From Rhina ancylostomus (taxonomy: Eukaryota), in contig JARFYF010000094.1 of assembly GCA_030265395.1 (NCBI GenBank), forward strand, positions 91,232,636 through 91,296,635: DNA of 64,000 nt. The letters are read 5' to 3'. The notes under the pieces were generated by a model. It worked only from the letters and a program-made list of their open reading frames with translations. It was not told the origin of the DNA and made no database searches. Positions 12,867 to 26,025 of the stretch are shown here, piece by piece. Every line of letters begins with the position of its first letter. Position 1 is the first letter of the stretch. The translations under genes were made by a program, and so were the position numbers.

Positions 12867-15009
12867 GAGGTTTCTCACAACAGCCATTGTGTCTCACTGG
12901 ATTATTACTAGAAGGCTGATGAATAAGAACGTGATTTTTTTGAAATGCAAAGCTGTTTGGCCCTTGCATGTACTTAAATACATTTAAAATAAAACTTTGC
13001 TCAAAAATAAGTTAATAAGCTTATTTGCTTTAAGAATTATTTGCATTGTATTAACTGGGAATTACACAAATGGGCAAAGGATAGTGTTGCCATTTTGTCG
13101 CCTGACTTGAAATCAGAGTGGAAAAGTATTGACAACTATCAAGCTGGCTAGGCTGAAAAGCACAGCATTTAGATATAAAATGTACACCAAGGATTCCACA
13201 TATATATAATTTTGCAAGCAGAAATGTGAACAAAGTGAAAGATTCAAGTGGAAATTTTATTTACTGGTATCAACTTTGATTCTTTCAGTTGTCACCCAAG
13301 TAGAATCCGGAAACAGCAACTAATTTATTGTAATGCAAGATACAAGTAATGAACATTTTACAATTCACAAAAAAACCAAACAGTCTAAAATCTGAGAATA
13401 TACCATAAAGCCTTGCTGATTTCAGGCAGCAGTTTCCCATCAAGAAATCAATTTGATCTGATTGAAAGCAGTGAACTTGTGCATTGACTATTATACATAG
13501 TTGTTGAAACAGTGGTCAACAAATAAATTCACAATTTATTTACTATGTGTTAGTCTATATTTAATTCTATTTTAAAACTAACAACCTTCTCTCTTCCATA
13601 TGACAAGAATGTCAAAGCAATAATTTATTGTGTTTCCAAAGTTAATTCTGCATGTAGCTTCTATTGAGAATTAATTTAAAATCTATTAACCCTCATCAAA
13701 TTGCATTAGTTTATTCAAATATGATGTGCCTTCATCTTCTAAATTCAAACCAATTGTGTACTTGTATATTCCCAAGGCAATATTTTTTGAAAATCTTACT
13801 AATTCCTCCATTTCAGGAAGGAAGTCATTTACCATTATTACAACTAATATCCTCTTACAACAAACTCAACTATTTGTTTCACATTATTCATTAATGGAAA
13901 CATTTAGCTCTATATTGAATTGCACACCATATCCTGGCTAACAATTATTTACTCACATCATTATCATCTGGATGCAAGGAAGTTGAAAAGGTAGAAATGC
14001 TTTTGTTTACATAATAAAATTAATTTCATGAATTTATGATAAAATTATAGCAAATGGACCATCTACTGGGCTCAGGAACCTAATCACACAAAGTGAAGGT
14101 TTTCTATTCCAGCTTAGTGCACTCAATTATTTATAATAGCCATCAGTAGATTGAAAAGGTTAATCAACTGTGTAGTTGTTCTCAATTTTAAACCATATTA
14201 AGCATTTACGACACTTTTGAGTGCCACTCCACAGCAAACTACCAGCAAAACTCGGCAACTACAATCTAGTGAATTGGTAAGTAATGTAACTGAGTGCAGG
14301 AGCAAGCTTATTGATCTTGACCTTGAGTATGCTCAATAACTAAACATACACAGCTCTTTGTGGGTACAGAATTCCAAATATCTACAACCCTAGATGAATC
14401 CTCTAAAACAATCTTAGCTTCATAGTCACCATAAATTCCACTAGCTTTTCATTTACTTGAAATTTATTTTGTTGAATTGAAATACCCCAGCTTCCATAAT
14501 GGCACTTGAACTCATAATTCTGGGTCAATAGACCAACCTTTCGATTCCAGTCCAGGAACTTAACTGCAATGGTAATGCATTCCTCAAAACAAGTCCTTGA
14601 ATGTAGGTAGAGGAGTGGCCTGAAACTTTCTCTACTGTACAACCACATATTCCTTGCCAACTGAGATTCATAAATCAGAGTCTGGAATTAAACATTTACC
14701 AGTTATCCAAAACCCAAATCCAAGAATGATGGGTAATAATGGTTTGATTAACTCAGTATTGGCAGTGATCACTGCTAGGAGCTTTTCTGTGCAGAGCACA
14801 CAGATGCTTCCCTTGCATACTTCAAAAGAAGATACACTGTGGAGAACTCTGGCTTTCACACAAAATGTCATCTGTGAGAAGAGGACAGTACTGAACTGAC
14901 GTTTAAACTATTTTTTACAAATGCGTTATATTTGATCTCAATTTATTTCACTCTCAATGTTCAACCATAGCTATTGACTCACCGTCTGCATGACAGTCAG
15001 GAAAGCTAA

Positions 15010-15720
15010 TCAATGTTTTGTTCATTAAATTGATCCTTCTCTCAGCCTTTTATGACCACTAATGGCATTGCTGCTCACTTCCCACAGTCATTGCTACGGT
15101 CTGTTGTTGAATGCTTGCATCCAACAAGCTATGTTCATCACCCATCAGTTCACACAAAACCAAGGTTTAAATAGCTTGTGATGACCGACGTTGTTGGGAG
15201 TTGGGGCATGTGGCAAGGCTACTTAGCACTGAGATGTGGGGCTCAGGGCGACATCCTGGCTGGTACCTTGGAGTGCAAGGGATTGCTGCAAGCAGCAAGT
15301 GGCTGTTCCACATGATGACAAACTATCCAGATATTTTGGTCTCTCTCATCACCTCCTGGTAGATGTCATGGGAGTTGTTGTCTCCCCCTTCTCTTTGTTT
15401 GGCTATTGTAACAAGTGAACCAGGCAAATTCCAAACTGGGCATCTGTGAACAGGCTATGAATGAACAGATGCCACCTGACAACACTATTGATGGTACCTT
15501 CTCACACTTCACTGATGATAGAGAGTAGCCTGGGATGTAATTAACCATATTTGATTTGTCCTCTCTAGTAGACAGGGGACACTTGGACAATTTTCCACGC
15601 TGTCATTGGACTGATGTTGTAAACCGTACTGGAGCAGCCTGGATAAAGAACTGCTACTTCAGGGTTGCAAGTTTTCAGTACTACAGCCAGGATGTTGTGC
15701 GGTCCCATAGCATTTGTTGT
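15010..15720 (-). mobile_element. Ancient LINE (endonuclease-region) remnant
   Basis: Decayed sequence resembling chondrichthyan LINE ORF2 on the minus strand; no intact frame. Confidence 0.35.
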
Positions 15721-17099
15721 ATTTTTGAAATGTATAACCTTTGAAAATTGCTAGCACCATTCATCACTCAACCGTGGAAAAACAATCTAAACATTATGAT
15801 GGCCTTTTAGTCTGAAGGTCCAAACACTTTCACAGCTCCAAATGAAATGTCATTCTATTGCTATGATCCTTTCCAAAGCTGGATTACTCTGTCAAATTGT
15901 AAATGGGCCAGAGTGCGCTGATCTGGGCCCACATGATGCAGCTTCTGCCCATGCATTTCCACATCTCCTCCTTCCAGACACAGTGGGTTCCAGAGGTGAC
16001 CAGACCACAGGTGATGCTAACTAAGGTCCTGCCTTCACACCACCCAGTTGACACTCTGACAGCTCAAGCCAGCAGAAAGCCTTCTCACTGAATACAAAGT
16101 CTATAACTGGAGATATTAGGAAATAGCTGAAAAATGTTAAAAGTTAAAATAATTAAAAATTGTATATTGTTAATGTGTTCCTAGATTTTATAATAAGGAC
16201 AGAAAATATTTCCCAAACTTACCAGTTAAATGACGATTAATGACTACATTCAAGTGAACGAGTCCATATCAGATGATTGGCATAAATCAGAGTCAGATTC
16301 CTTATCTTCAGCAGCTGTGAGGAAGTCCCTCTACTGTATGGTGAGCCATAGAACAGGGAGCAAGGGCAGCAGTACAGTGTCTAAATCAGAATATGCTGCT
16401 GTGCAGTCTGCTGCTCACTGGAACATTATTTCTCATTATAAAATGTCCATTTCCCTGGTCTGTTTTGAAACCTTTGGAATAGCTTTATTGAGTTTTGATG
16501 ACAGTGGTTGGTAAGAGCCTCCAAAAACAAGCAATCAATAGGGCTCGAAATTCACTGTTGTGTCCCTCAATTGCCCTTTTTGCTCGACTAAAGCATCAAT
16601 GAAGTCTATCTGTGGCCAATAAAGGATATTTAAGAGCTAGCTGCTGCTCACAAATTGAGGTCTGAGAGAAATAATTGCCGTCTATTTCCAATCAGTGCAC
16701 CTCTGCTGTTTTACTGATACGTTTTCCTGTTTGAAGCATATTGCTTTTTTGCATTATGACACAGGAGTTCTAATATAGTGATAAAGTCACAGTTGTACAG
16801 CACAGAAACAGGCCCTTTGGCCCACCACGTCCATGTCAAACCTTCTGCCCATCCACACTGATCCCATTTACCCACATTAGGTATGTGGGTATCCTTCTAT
16901 GACTTGCCTATTTAAGTGTGGCTAAATAGAAATAATAATATCCAACAGTCTGGAATATCTGCTGGTCTGCTACCAAAGTCCAAGAATGACAGATTATCAG
17001 AATTTTACTGCATTGGAGCTTCTATAAAACAGTTGCTGGATCTTTGTCTTGTTAAACATTGTTTCTGTAACGAGGCTAACTGCATCGGTAAACGAGATG

Positions 17100-17485
17100 G
17101 TTAAGGGGTTGGCTAAGGCATAGAAAACAAGACCAGGGAAATGATTATGAAACTGCTTAAAACGTTAGCTAGGGCACTGAGTGGGTTCTGGTTATCACTT
17201 TATAGGCAGGATGTGAAGACAGTACAGGAAAAAATTGTGCATGTTGCTCCATCTGAGGAGAGTTTGGCCTGGGGTTGAGGCAGGAATGAGGCAGGGAATG
17301 GAGGCATGCAAACTTATTCGGGACAATACGAAGGACCTATTTCCCTGAATGGAAGGGTCACTAATTAATGGATGCAGATTTGGCAGAAGAATTAGGGGAA
17401 GTTAAGGGATTATTTGCTCTCACCCAAAGAGTGGGGGACTGCCTGAAAAGGTGGTGGAGGCAGAAGCCCTCATCACCTTTCAGTG
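17100..17485 (+). mobile_element. Degenerate CR1 3' fragment
   Basis: ctcacccaaagagtgggggactgcctgaaaaggtggtggaggcag resembles the CR1 FTQRVV...LPxxVVEA coding end. Confidence 0.55.
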
Positions 17486-18899
17486 GTATAGTGGTCCCAT
17501 CTGGTGCTGCCCCACAGAGCTTCGATTCATTATCAGAGCTCTTAGCCTTCCAGTCCGAACACTCACAGGAACCTACCCACCGGTAATTTTAACAAGATAT
17601 CAACTTGGGCTGCACATTGAGAACCTTTGCTTTCCTGCAACGATCTCACAGCAACAAATCACTCACTGCTCAGCGTGGAGAGGCAGCCTGCAAGTGATGG
17701 ATGGGCTGTACAAAGTGGTGTATAAGCATGTCTCAATTATCTTTATTTTCTAATCACCTCCGTTCAGGCTTAGTTTCTTTTAAAGAGGAACAAACTTGAA
17801 GATGAAGTTGATACCTTTGATATGTATTCAGTCAAGATAAACTGTTTACACTAAAAATAAAGTTAGACGAATTTGTGTATTCCATCTTTCCCAAGAAAAG
17901 CAGTTCTCATTCCCAGAGCAAACTGGAGTAGCACCAGATCACTTCTCTTTAAGATAAAGTGTGCAGGGCAGTGTAAGTAACACATCATCAAATGTTCTGA
18001 TGATAGAGCATGGATTTGGACAAATTTTACAACAGGTATTGTCAGCCCTATCGACTGGGAACGAGATCACACAAGACTGATGTAAAATAAAAATATAATC
18101 TTATCAAGACTAATGACTGCAGTTTCTTGAATCGATAGTTGTCATAGTCATCATTCCACAGGACCATGAGAAATTGCACAGAACATTTGCCAAGCTCCAA
18201 TCCAAAAACAAATGTCAGGATGGTTGGCCTAAGGAGAGCAACCTCATTCATTTGAATGGGATCATTAACCTCGAGTGAAATAGACTACGTAGCAGCACTT
18301 TTTGGTGTTTAAATTAATTTACAGTTGCTAAGTGAAAGTATTATTTTATTTAAATTTTAATAATGTATTTTTAAGCATATATTTTAAATATTTTATAAAA
18401 GACGTCAAAAGCCATCAGAATTTTCCAGGGACCTGATCCCGGATCCACTGCCTGAGATCTGGGCACTGCAGCAGTCTGCACTGCTTTGCAGGATGGCCAC
18501 AGGAGACAGTCCTCCAGGTTAATTGTACAGTGAAGCTGCAAAAGGCATCCATGGTTGCAGAAGCCACGGTAGGGAGGGAAATAAGGGCATGGGTGGCAGA
18601 CCTGATCAAGTTTAATCCTCTCCATCATCAGCATCATGCTGGTGGTCACTGACCCCATGGCTGCAATGATTTTATATTTAGGGTTTGTTAATTTGTCAGT
18701 TTTTCATTGAATTATGTTACCTTTTCTGAAGCTGATCAGAGTCTGTTAGGTCTCACCTTTCTAAACAGGTCTTGGTCATCTAATTATGTTAACACCAAGT
18801 GCCAAGGCCAAAATAAGCAGAGTCAAAAGTGCCGAGTGGCTCTCAGATTTCCTCCTGATTATCACAGAAAAGAATCCTTGGCCAATTTGATTCACTCCA

Positions 18900-19640
18900 T
18901 GTGATATCAAGAAACAACTGAGAGTACCAGATATAGCAAAAGCTTGGGAACAAATGATGTTGTAGTTGCAGTACTGAGATCTACATTCCAGAACAAGCTG
19001 CAGATCTAGTTAAGTTGTTCCAATACAGTTACACAGCACAGTTAGAAAGATTGTCCCAATATGTCCTGTTCCAAAATGGGACTAGTCTAATTCACTTAAC
19101 TGCCACCCTGACAACTGTGAATAAGCTAAGTGCTGTACTGGGAATATTATCAAGCAGTACTTACTCACTAAACATGCTTATTGATGCCCAGATCGGGGTT
19201 TGCCAGGATGGCTAAGCTCCAGACCTCATCATAGCCTTGGACCAAATGTGGACCAGAAAGCTTAATTTCAGAGGTGAGATACTAGTTTCTGTGCTTGACA
19301 ACAAGACAACATTTGACCAAATGTGACATTGGGGTGCTCTGGTGAAAATTAAATCAATGGGAAAAACACTCATGGTTGGAGTTATACCTGGCACAGAGGA
19401 TGACTTTTGCAATTGTTAAAGGTCAATGATTGCAGCCGCAGAACATCAATGCAGGCGTTACTCAAGGCAGTGTCACAGATCCAACCACCTTCAGCTGCTT
19501 CATCAATGAGCTTCCTCCCATCACAAGGTCAAAAGCAGATAAATGTTTTCTGATAATTGAATAATGCTCAGACCTCACCAAATGAAGTTATCCTTGCCAG
19601 CCAACAGAAAGATCTAGATAACATTCAGGCATTGGCTGAA
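18900..19640 (+). mobile_element. Ancient LINE reverse-transcriptase remnant
   Basis: gcaggcgttactcaaggcagtgtc...ccaaccaccttcagctgcttcatcaatgagcttcc reads as a decayed GVPQGS..PTxFSCFINDLP motif. Confidence 0.65.
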
Positions 19641-20264
19641 ATGTTTCCCCTTTCTCTTTGCACTGATGCTGCCTGACCTGGTGAATGTTTCCAGCATTCT
19701 GCTTTTATTTCAATTTCTAGCATCAGCTTTTTTTTTTGGATTTCCATCAAAATCCCAGGAATCACCACCAACCAGAAACTTAACTGAATCAGCCAAGTAA
19801 ATATTGCAGCTACAAGTGCAGGTCAGAAGCTGTGAAGTCAGAGGCATTTGTCTCACTTTCTGACAACACAAGTCCTTTCCACCATCTACAGTCATTCCTT
19901 CAGTCATGGGGAAAAAAAAATCAGGCAACCTCAACATCATTCGCTAGAATGAGTGTACAATTCAAGACGGCAGGTCCCAGCCATCATCTCAAGGGTAATT
20001 AGGGCTGACCATTAAGACCCAAGTGCTGTGGAATGAAATAAATAAAGCAATCTCATTTCAAAAGGAAGAATACAGTTCACAGTACAGCAACAGAACCCTG
20101 CAGGGTCGATGACCTGACATATGAAGGTCTCTCTTTCCCTCCCCCCACAGTTGCTGCATGATCTGCTATTTCAAGCAATTCCTGTCTTTTTCTTCAGATT
20201 TCCCTTAGCTGCTGATTTTGGTTTTCAATGCACAGCCAGTGTCCAGTATATGTTATGGTAGAAC

Positions 20265-21216
20265 ATGAAACAGTACAGCAGAGGAATCAGCTCTTCTGCC
20301 CACAATATCTGTGCTGATCTTGATGCTCATTTAAACTAATTCCATCTGCTTGTGCATGGTCTATATCCCTCCAATCCTTACCTGTTCATGTGCCTGTCTA
20401 ATTGCCTCTTAAATATTACTATTGTATCGGCTTCCACCTCCTTCCCCGGAAGTGCATTCCAGGCATCTACTACTCTGTGTAAAAACAAAATTGCCTCATA
20501 AATCTTTAAACTTTCTATTTTTCTTCTACTTTCCTTAACTCTATGCATTCTAGTTTTTGACATTTCCACCCTGGGAAGAAAGGCTGACCACCTACTGCAT
20601 CAATGCCTTTCATAATTTTACATACTTCTATCAGGTCACCCCTCAGCCTCCGATGGTCCAGAGAAAACAATCCACGTTTGTCCAACTTCTCCTTATAGCC
20701 AATACTCTAATCCAGCCAACATCCTGGTGAACCTCTTCTACATCCTCTCCAAAGCTTTCACATCCTTCCTGTAATGTGGCGACCAGAACAGCACACAATA
20801 CTCCAAATGTGACCCAACCAAAGGTTTATACAGCTGCAACATGACTTCCCGACTTTTATATTCAATGCCCCAATTGATGAAGGCAAGCATGTTATATACC
20901 TTCTTTACTACCGTATCTACTTGTGTTGCTACTTTCAGGGAGGTATGAACTTGTACCCCAAGATCCCTCTGTACATTGATGATCCNNNNNNNNNNGGGTC
21001 CTGCTATTTACTGCACACATTCCACTCACCTCACACCTGTGCAACACCTCACACTGGTCCCGATTAAACTCCATCTGCCATTTCTCCACCTGATCTACGT
21101 CCTGCTATATCTTTTGACAACCTTCCTCACTATCCATAATTACGCCAATTTTTGTGTCATCTTGCAACGTACGAATCAGCCCACCTACATTTTCGCCAAA
21201 TCACTTATATATATTA
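20265..21216 (-). mobile_element. CR1 LINE 3' fragment
   Basis: Translations EKWQMEFNRDQCEVLH and HRVVDAWNALPGKEVEADTIVIFKRQLDRHMNR; gaacatgaaacagtacagca tail. Confidence 0.9.
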
Positions 21217-21309
21217 CATGCATATGTTAAAAATATAAAAAACAAATTTTCACAAATTAACTTGCAGCCTTGAAATCATTGCATGACCAGTAAACTGAGA
21301 AAGACTTAC

Positions 21310-21454
21310 AATTGGTGATGTCTGGAGGTGCATACCCATCGTGCACGTACATGCTGGTTGGCTTTGCAACCTTCAAATATACTATTTCTGCTGTGTTTTT
21401 TAAAGCCGTCACTGCATCTTCATGGGTAACTTCATCTAGACTGGTTGTGTTAAC
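21310..21454 (-). CDS. dlg1: dlg1 PDZ2 C-terminal exon (145 bp)
   Basis: [54 protein letters not shown] acceptor, GTAAGT donor, phase 0-1. Confidence 0.97.
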
Positions 21455-22049
21455 CTAAAATGCAGAAGAAAACAATGCTAATATGTACATAAATATGCTG
21501 GAAACCAGAGGTGTTTCCCAAGAACAATGTCTTCAAATGCGCATTTGACAGTCAAGAGAGTTCAATATTACATGTCAATTAAATGGAAGTCAGCACACGT
21601 AATTAATAATGTAACTGCTTTTAATACAGAACATATTCGTGCGAACTCCCATGGCCCAAAATGTGCTTCTCATTTAGCAATCGTTCAACTCTGATTTGCC
21701 ACTGCAATGTTCATACTTAAAAGGTGGAGATAAGTGAGTCAACTTACCTCCAACTTCCTAAATTGAACGTTGCAGCAGCAAGTGAGAGGCGAGCTGAAAG
21801 ACGAGCACAGGTCAGCCTGAAACAAGGGCTGTGGTTGTGCTGACCAGAGGAGTCAGATGCACTTCACATCTGACTGTTCAGCTGTGCCTTTCATCTGATT
21901 GTGGACTATAATTCAGTGCTTTTACTGAAAACAAAATTCCTGCTTGATCTACATGTTTTAATCAATTGTTATTACTTCAATGAGTGCAAGTGAATTTAAT
22001 AGTTTGTTTTTTTTAAATTCAAAGGATTTTTTTTATTGTCTATGATCAA

Positions 22050-23143
22050 AAACATATATAGGCAATTTAATGGGCTTTGGCAGCAAGCTTAAGGAGCGGG
22101 AACATTCCAGAATTCAGCAAAAGTGGACCAAGGCATTGATAAGGGGAAGTAGGAAATGAGATTCAGCAAGCAACGTTAAAATGCCTTCCATGTATACACA
22201 TGTAAAAAGGAAAAGATCAGTGAACGTTGACCTGGGTCGCTTACAGACCAAGAAGAAATTATATTGCAAGAAAGAAATTTAGGGATATTTTCAGAGAGTC
22301 TTCAAGGAAAACACAGAAAACCTGCCAGAAATAGTAGAGAACAGCAAATATAGAGTCAGGCAGGGGCTCCAGGAATGAAACGTTAGTAAAAAAAAATTAT
22401 TGGAGGAAGTAATGGTATGGAAAGGCAATAAATCCCAAGGACCTGATAATTTATATCCTATGGTTTTGAAGATATCAACTATAAAAATAGATGCACTGGA
22501 AGTCATCTTCCAAAATTCCGTAGATTTCAGAACAGATCCGACAAATTGGAAGGTAGCGAATGTAACTCCACTTGTTTCATAAAAGAGGGCGAGGGTAAAC
22601 AGGCTACAGATTAATCAATCCAATGTCATTCTGGGAAAATACTGGAATCTGTTAATATGAAAGTGGTAACAGAGCACTTAAAATTGATAATAGGATTGGT
22701 CAGAATCAGTATGGTCTTATGAAAGAAATATCACTTTTGACAAATCTGCTAAGAGCTTTCCAAAGCTGCAGCTAGCAGAATAGACAAGGGTGAACCAGCT
22801 TCAGGAGGCCTTTGTTAAGGTGTAACACAAGAGATTATTAAATAAAACTAGAATGCACAGTATTGGCAATAATGTACTGATATGCATTTGGGACAGAAAA
22901 CAATAAGAATAAATAGGTTATTTTCAGTTTGGAATTCTATGACTAATGGGATACTGCAGACATTGGTGCTGGGGCCCACACTGTTCAAAACTTCTCAAGG
23001 TTTTGGATGAGGTGGTCAAGGGTGATATAGCCAAGTTTGCTGACGATACAAAGCTAGACAACATTGTGGGCTATGTGGAGGATGCAGAAAGGCTTCATGA
23101 GGATGTGGATAGGTTAAGTGAATTGGCGATGACATGACAAATG
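22050..23143 (+). mobile_element. Degenerate CR1 RT, 5' part (continues at ~25345)
   Basis: KSQGPDNLYPMVLK, NWKVANVTPL and IAKFADDTKL motifs. Confidence 0.88.
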
Positions 23144-23577
23144 TACAGAGAGTCCGCTGTTATGTTCTTGGGAATACATATAACAGGCGACCTGTCCTGG
23201 TCAACTAACAACTCCTCCCTCGCCAAGAAGGCACAGCAGCGTCTCCACTTTTTACGGCGGCTGAAGAGAGCTCTCGTGGGGGGGGGGGGGGGGGGNNNNN
23301 NNNNNNNNNNNNNNNNNNNNNNNNNNNNNNNNNNNNNNNNNNNNNNNNNNNNNNNNNNNNNNNNNNNNNNNNNNNNNNNNNNNNNNNNNNNNNNNTTTGT
23401 TCTAACTGTGTTCTTTCTTGTAAAAATTGTGTATAATTTATGTTTGACTTATGTTTTTCTTGTGAATGCTGCTTATCTGATGCTCTGTGCCTGTGATGCT
23501 GCTGCAAGTTTCTCATTGCACCTGTGCACACATGGACTTGTGCAGATGACAATAAGCTCAACTCTGACTTTGACTTT
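23144..23577 (+). mobile_element. Rex1/Babar- or L2-like LINE 3' fragment (spans gap)
   Basis: FLGIHITGDLSWSTNNSSLAKKAQQRLHFLRRLKRA; tail gacaataagctc...ctttgacttt. Confidence 0.75.
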
Positions 23578-24254
23578 TATTCTATCCCCCATTTCCATCA
23601 ACTCCCCCAGATTCTACCACTCACTTTTACACGAGGAGCAATTCTCAGTGGCCAAGCAAGCTCCTAATCATCACGTCTTTGGGATGTGAGAGGAAACCCA
23701 CACAGACACACAGAGAACGTGCAAACACCCCACAAACAGTGCCGGAGGTCAGAACTGAACCCATGCTCCCATTCATTCCTGAAGAACAGATGCCACAGGC
23801 AGTAATTTCCACTCCTTCCTTACCCACCCAAACGTGGATCGATCTGAAACATTGACTCTTGCTTTTCTCTCTCTGCTGCTGCCTGACCTGCTGAGTGTTT
23901 CCAACAAGTTCTGTTTTATTTCATGTTTCCAGCATCCGTAGTTTTTTTTTTAGCTTTTCAGTTACTGTTATATTTCACTTCGTTGCTGCATAAACCTCTG
24001 CACAAAATACACCCAAAAGTAAACTGGACAAGGAAGAAGAGACACTTTGACATACACAATAGGAAAGCTGGCAGCTGTTGCAATTCCACATTGATTGTCC
24101 TTGTTTCTTGACATGTAGATGTATCCGTTATTACCCCAATCTGTGCCCCAGCTAGGAAAAACAAAACATTAGTTAAAGGAGAGTTAAAATCCAAATAATA
24201 CGGACCATTGTGGGAATAATTCATTGACAACCTATCTCATATCCTCATATTATC

Positions 24255-24870
24255 CTATGGCACAGAAGGAAGCCATTTGGCTCATCGATCCTATGCTGGT
24301 TCGCAGAGATTCCCATCAAACCCATTTCTCAACCTACTTCCATGCAACCTGTTCTCTCTCACATGCCCCACATTAGGCGAGACCAAAACCAGAGGGCATA
24401 GGTTTAAGGTGAGAGGGGAAAGATTCAGAAGGGACGTGAGGGGCAAATTTTTCACACAGAGGGTGGTGGGTATGCGGAACTAGTTGACAGAGGAGGTGGT
24501 AGACACAGGTATAATTACGACATTTAAAATGTATATTTGGACAGGTACATGGATAGGAAAGTTTTAGAGGGATATGGGCCAAATGCAGGCAAGTGCGACT
24601 AGCTCAGTGAGGCAACTTGGTCAGCATAGATGAGTTGGGCCGAAGGGTCTGTTTCCATGCTGTTTAGCTCTATGATCACACCCCCTCACTATTGTAGAAG
24701 TAATTTATAGTGACTTGTTAACCTAACAAGTAGCACATCTTTGTGATGTGGGGAGAAATTGGAGCACCCAGGGGAAACAAGAACATGCAAACTCCGCACA
24801 GGCAGCATGGGAGGTTAGGGTCGAACCTGGGTCCCTAGAGCTGTAAGGAGACAGCACTACCTGCTGCACC
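24255..24870 (-). mobile_element. Minus-strand SINE interrupted by a plus-strand CR1 3' end (24376-24676)
   Basis: SINE halves (ctctctcacatgccc... and ...gcaaactccgcaca...gaacctgggtcc) flank a CR1 reading TRGHRFKVRGERFRRDVRGKFFTQRVV. Confidence 0.75.
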
Positions 24871-25139
24871 CCTCTCCCCACCACTGATGAAGCAAATGTG
24901 CAGAAACTGCAAAATACTGGGCAAGTTTGCATTTTATGAACTTTATTGAGAAAGAGTTTATTGAGAAAGCCCCAGGATGTCAGGCTCCTGAATACTCTGC
25001 AGACAGTTTCAGATAAATGCCACATCAAAAGCCCTGGTTTGTACAATGGTGTATAAGAAGGTTGGCTGCTACTGAACATGTTTATACAATTAATGTAACA
25101 CACTGAGTTCAGTATTTTCTTTGTCCAACTCGGTTTAAC

Positions 25140-25343
25140 TTGCACTAACCCTGCACTAATTGTATTCTGTATATACGGTTTTTTGCACTATTTGTACTTG
25201 CACAATTTTATTGTCTGCGTTTATTATACATCCTCTGTTTTATGTATGTCCTCTGTTGTGTGAGTCTGGGAGAAACGACATTTCGTTCCTCCATGTGCTT
25301 TTATAGCATATGGGTGAATGACAATAAAGTATAACTTGAGCTT
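25140..25343 (+). mobile_element. LINE 3' UTR tail (Rex1/Babar-like)
   Basis: T-rich UTR ending gaatgacaataaagtataacttgagcttg. Confidence 0.6.
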
Positions 25344-25344
25344 G

Positions 25345-26025
25345 ATAATGTGGACAAATGGGAGGTCAGCCATTATCATGGAAAAATAGGAAGCTGGAGA
25401 TTTTAAATGGAGATTGAAAGGTGCTGGTGTTCAATGCTTATCCTTGCACATGAATCACTTAAAATCAATAGGTATAACAAACAATTAGGAAGGCAACTTA
25501 TATATTGGCAATTATTGCAAGAGGACTTGACTATAGGGTAGAGACATCTTATTCAACTTATACAGGACTCTTGTGAGATCATAACTCTACCAGGGCCAGA
25601 TCTTTATACCCAAGGATGATATACTTGTGAAAGAGAGTGCAGTGAAGGTCCACTGGATTGAATCCTGGGATGGTAGTTTCGTTGTACATAATAAAACATA
25701 GTGTTCTTTCAGGTCTTAGCAGCATTGATATTTCTGCTGACTAGATTATAAAGAGCCAGGGGTCACAGTCTCAAAGTAATGGGTCAACCATTTAGAACAA
25801 GTGAGAAGAAATTTCTTCAACTGGAAGGAGGCATTCTTTAGAATTTATTATTAAAGAGGGTTGTGGAAGTTCAGTCACTGTATATAAAGAGATGATTCAC
25901 CTTTAGACGTTGTGGGAATGAAGAGGTATCAAGAAAAGTGGCAACAAGATCAGATATTGTTCATATTGAACAATGGGGCAGGAACGAGCGGCCTACTTTC
26001 TGAATCTATTTTGGATGTTCTTATA
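25345..26025 (+). mobile_element. Degenerate CR1, 3' part
   Basis: Resumes at ataatgtggacaaatgggagg (the xNVDKCEV-like segment that follows WQM) and ends with a CR1 tail gttcttat. Confidence 0.75.
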
